From the NCBI GenBank assembly GCA_002070965.1, contig MWEH01000151.1, positions 2,252-66,251 of the forward strand: 64,000 bases of DNA, written 5' to 3'. A program made the position numbers and the translations under genes. The DNA is from Firmicutes bacterium ADurb.Bin080 (GTDB taxonomy: Bacteria; Bacillota; Clostridia; Christensenellales; DTU072). Shown here piece after piece: positions 63,842-64,000 of the stretch (position 1 is the stretch's first letter; the number at the start of each line of letters is the position of its first letter). The notes under the pieces were generated by a model. That model did no database searches, had not been told where the DNA came from, and saw only the letters and a list, made by a program, of their open reading frames with translations.

Positions 63842-64000
63842 TACTTATTTTTTTAGGTAGTTCTGGCGTTTATCACTATGAAGCTTTGAAACTTCAAAAA
63901 TAACATATCTGCAATTATCTCAATGAAAAAATTATCTCACCAATATACTATTTTTCTCCCCCTTGGAACCCATCTATCCTCTTTCCTATTTTCTCTGAAA

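Noticed and set aside
63842-64000. Possible gene end or terminator upstream of the aro leader (palindrome TGAAG-ctttgaaa-CTTCA at about 63880-63897)
   Set aside because: The hairpin is short and has its T-run on the wrong side for either strand. No ORF can be assessed this close to the window edge.

Overview
AT-rich bacterial chromosomal window (by eye about one-third G+C, not computed). It uses the standard genetic code: TAA, TAG and TGA all close well-conserved ORFs. There are roughly 55 protein genes, mostly on the minus strand. Gene content suggests an anaerobic low-GC Gram-positive (Bacillota-like) organism: a T-box leader, SipW-type signal peptidases with TasA/camelysin-like cargo, an anaerobic sulfatase-maturating enzyme, desulfoferrodoxin plus rubredoxins, and a tungsten-type aldehyde:ferredoxin oxidoreductase (AOR). 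Blocks in order: (1) GPH sugar transporters flanking an AGE-family epimerase; (2) a T-box-controlled TrpB2-like gene; (3) an NYN protein; (4) metF-metH; (5) a secreted lipase-like protein and a RimK-type ligase; (6) trkAH; (7) a flavin reductase with two rubredoxin domains, a HAD hydrolase and guaA; (8) AOR-MoaD-ThiF; (9) hisZGDCBAIE without hisH/hisF; (10) an operon at 31.6-34.9 kb with two SipW peptidases and three TasA-like exported proteins; (11) a glycan/sulfatase module (GH-A hydrolase, GPH transporters, membrane-anchored Cys-type sulfatase plus anSME); (12) an oxidative-stress set (nitroreductase, pirin, desulfoferrodoxin, rubredoxin); (13) a thiol-redox island (glutaredoxin-like protein, FAD oxidoreductase, CDGSH protein, CcdA, thioredoxin); (14) a complete shikimate/Phe/Tyr operon aroF-tyrA-aroB-aroA-aroC-pheA-aroEK-aroQ. 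I saw no rRNA, tRNA, CRISPR array, transposase or integrase. Three observations stand out. (a) A 22-codon Phe/Tyr-rich leader ORF with terminator/antiterminator potential lies in front of the aro operon. (b) Decaying tandem duplications of the last 50-90 nt of genes, stop codon included, recur at several loci. (c) The double-SipW/TasA-like cluster is a putative extracellular fibre operon. All family assignments come from motif recognition by eye; no database search was possible.
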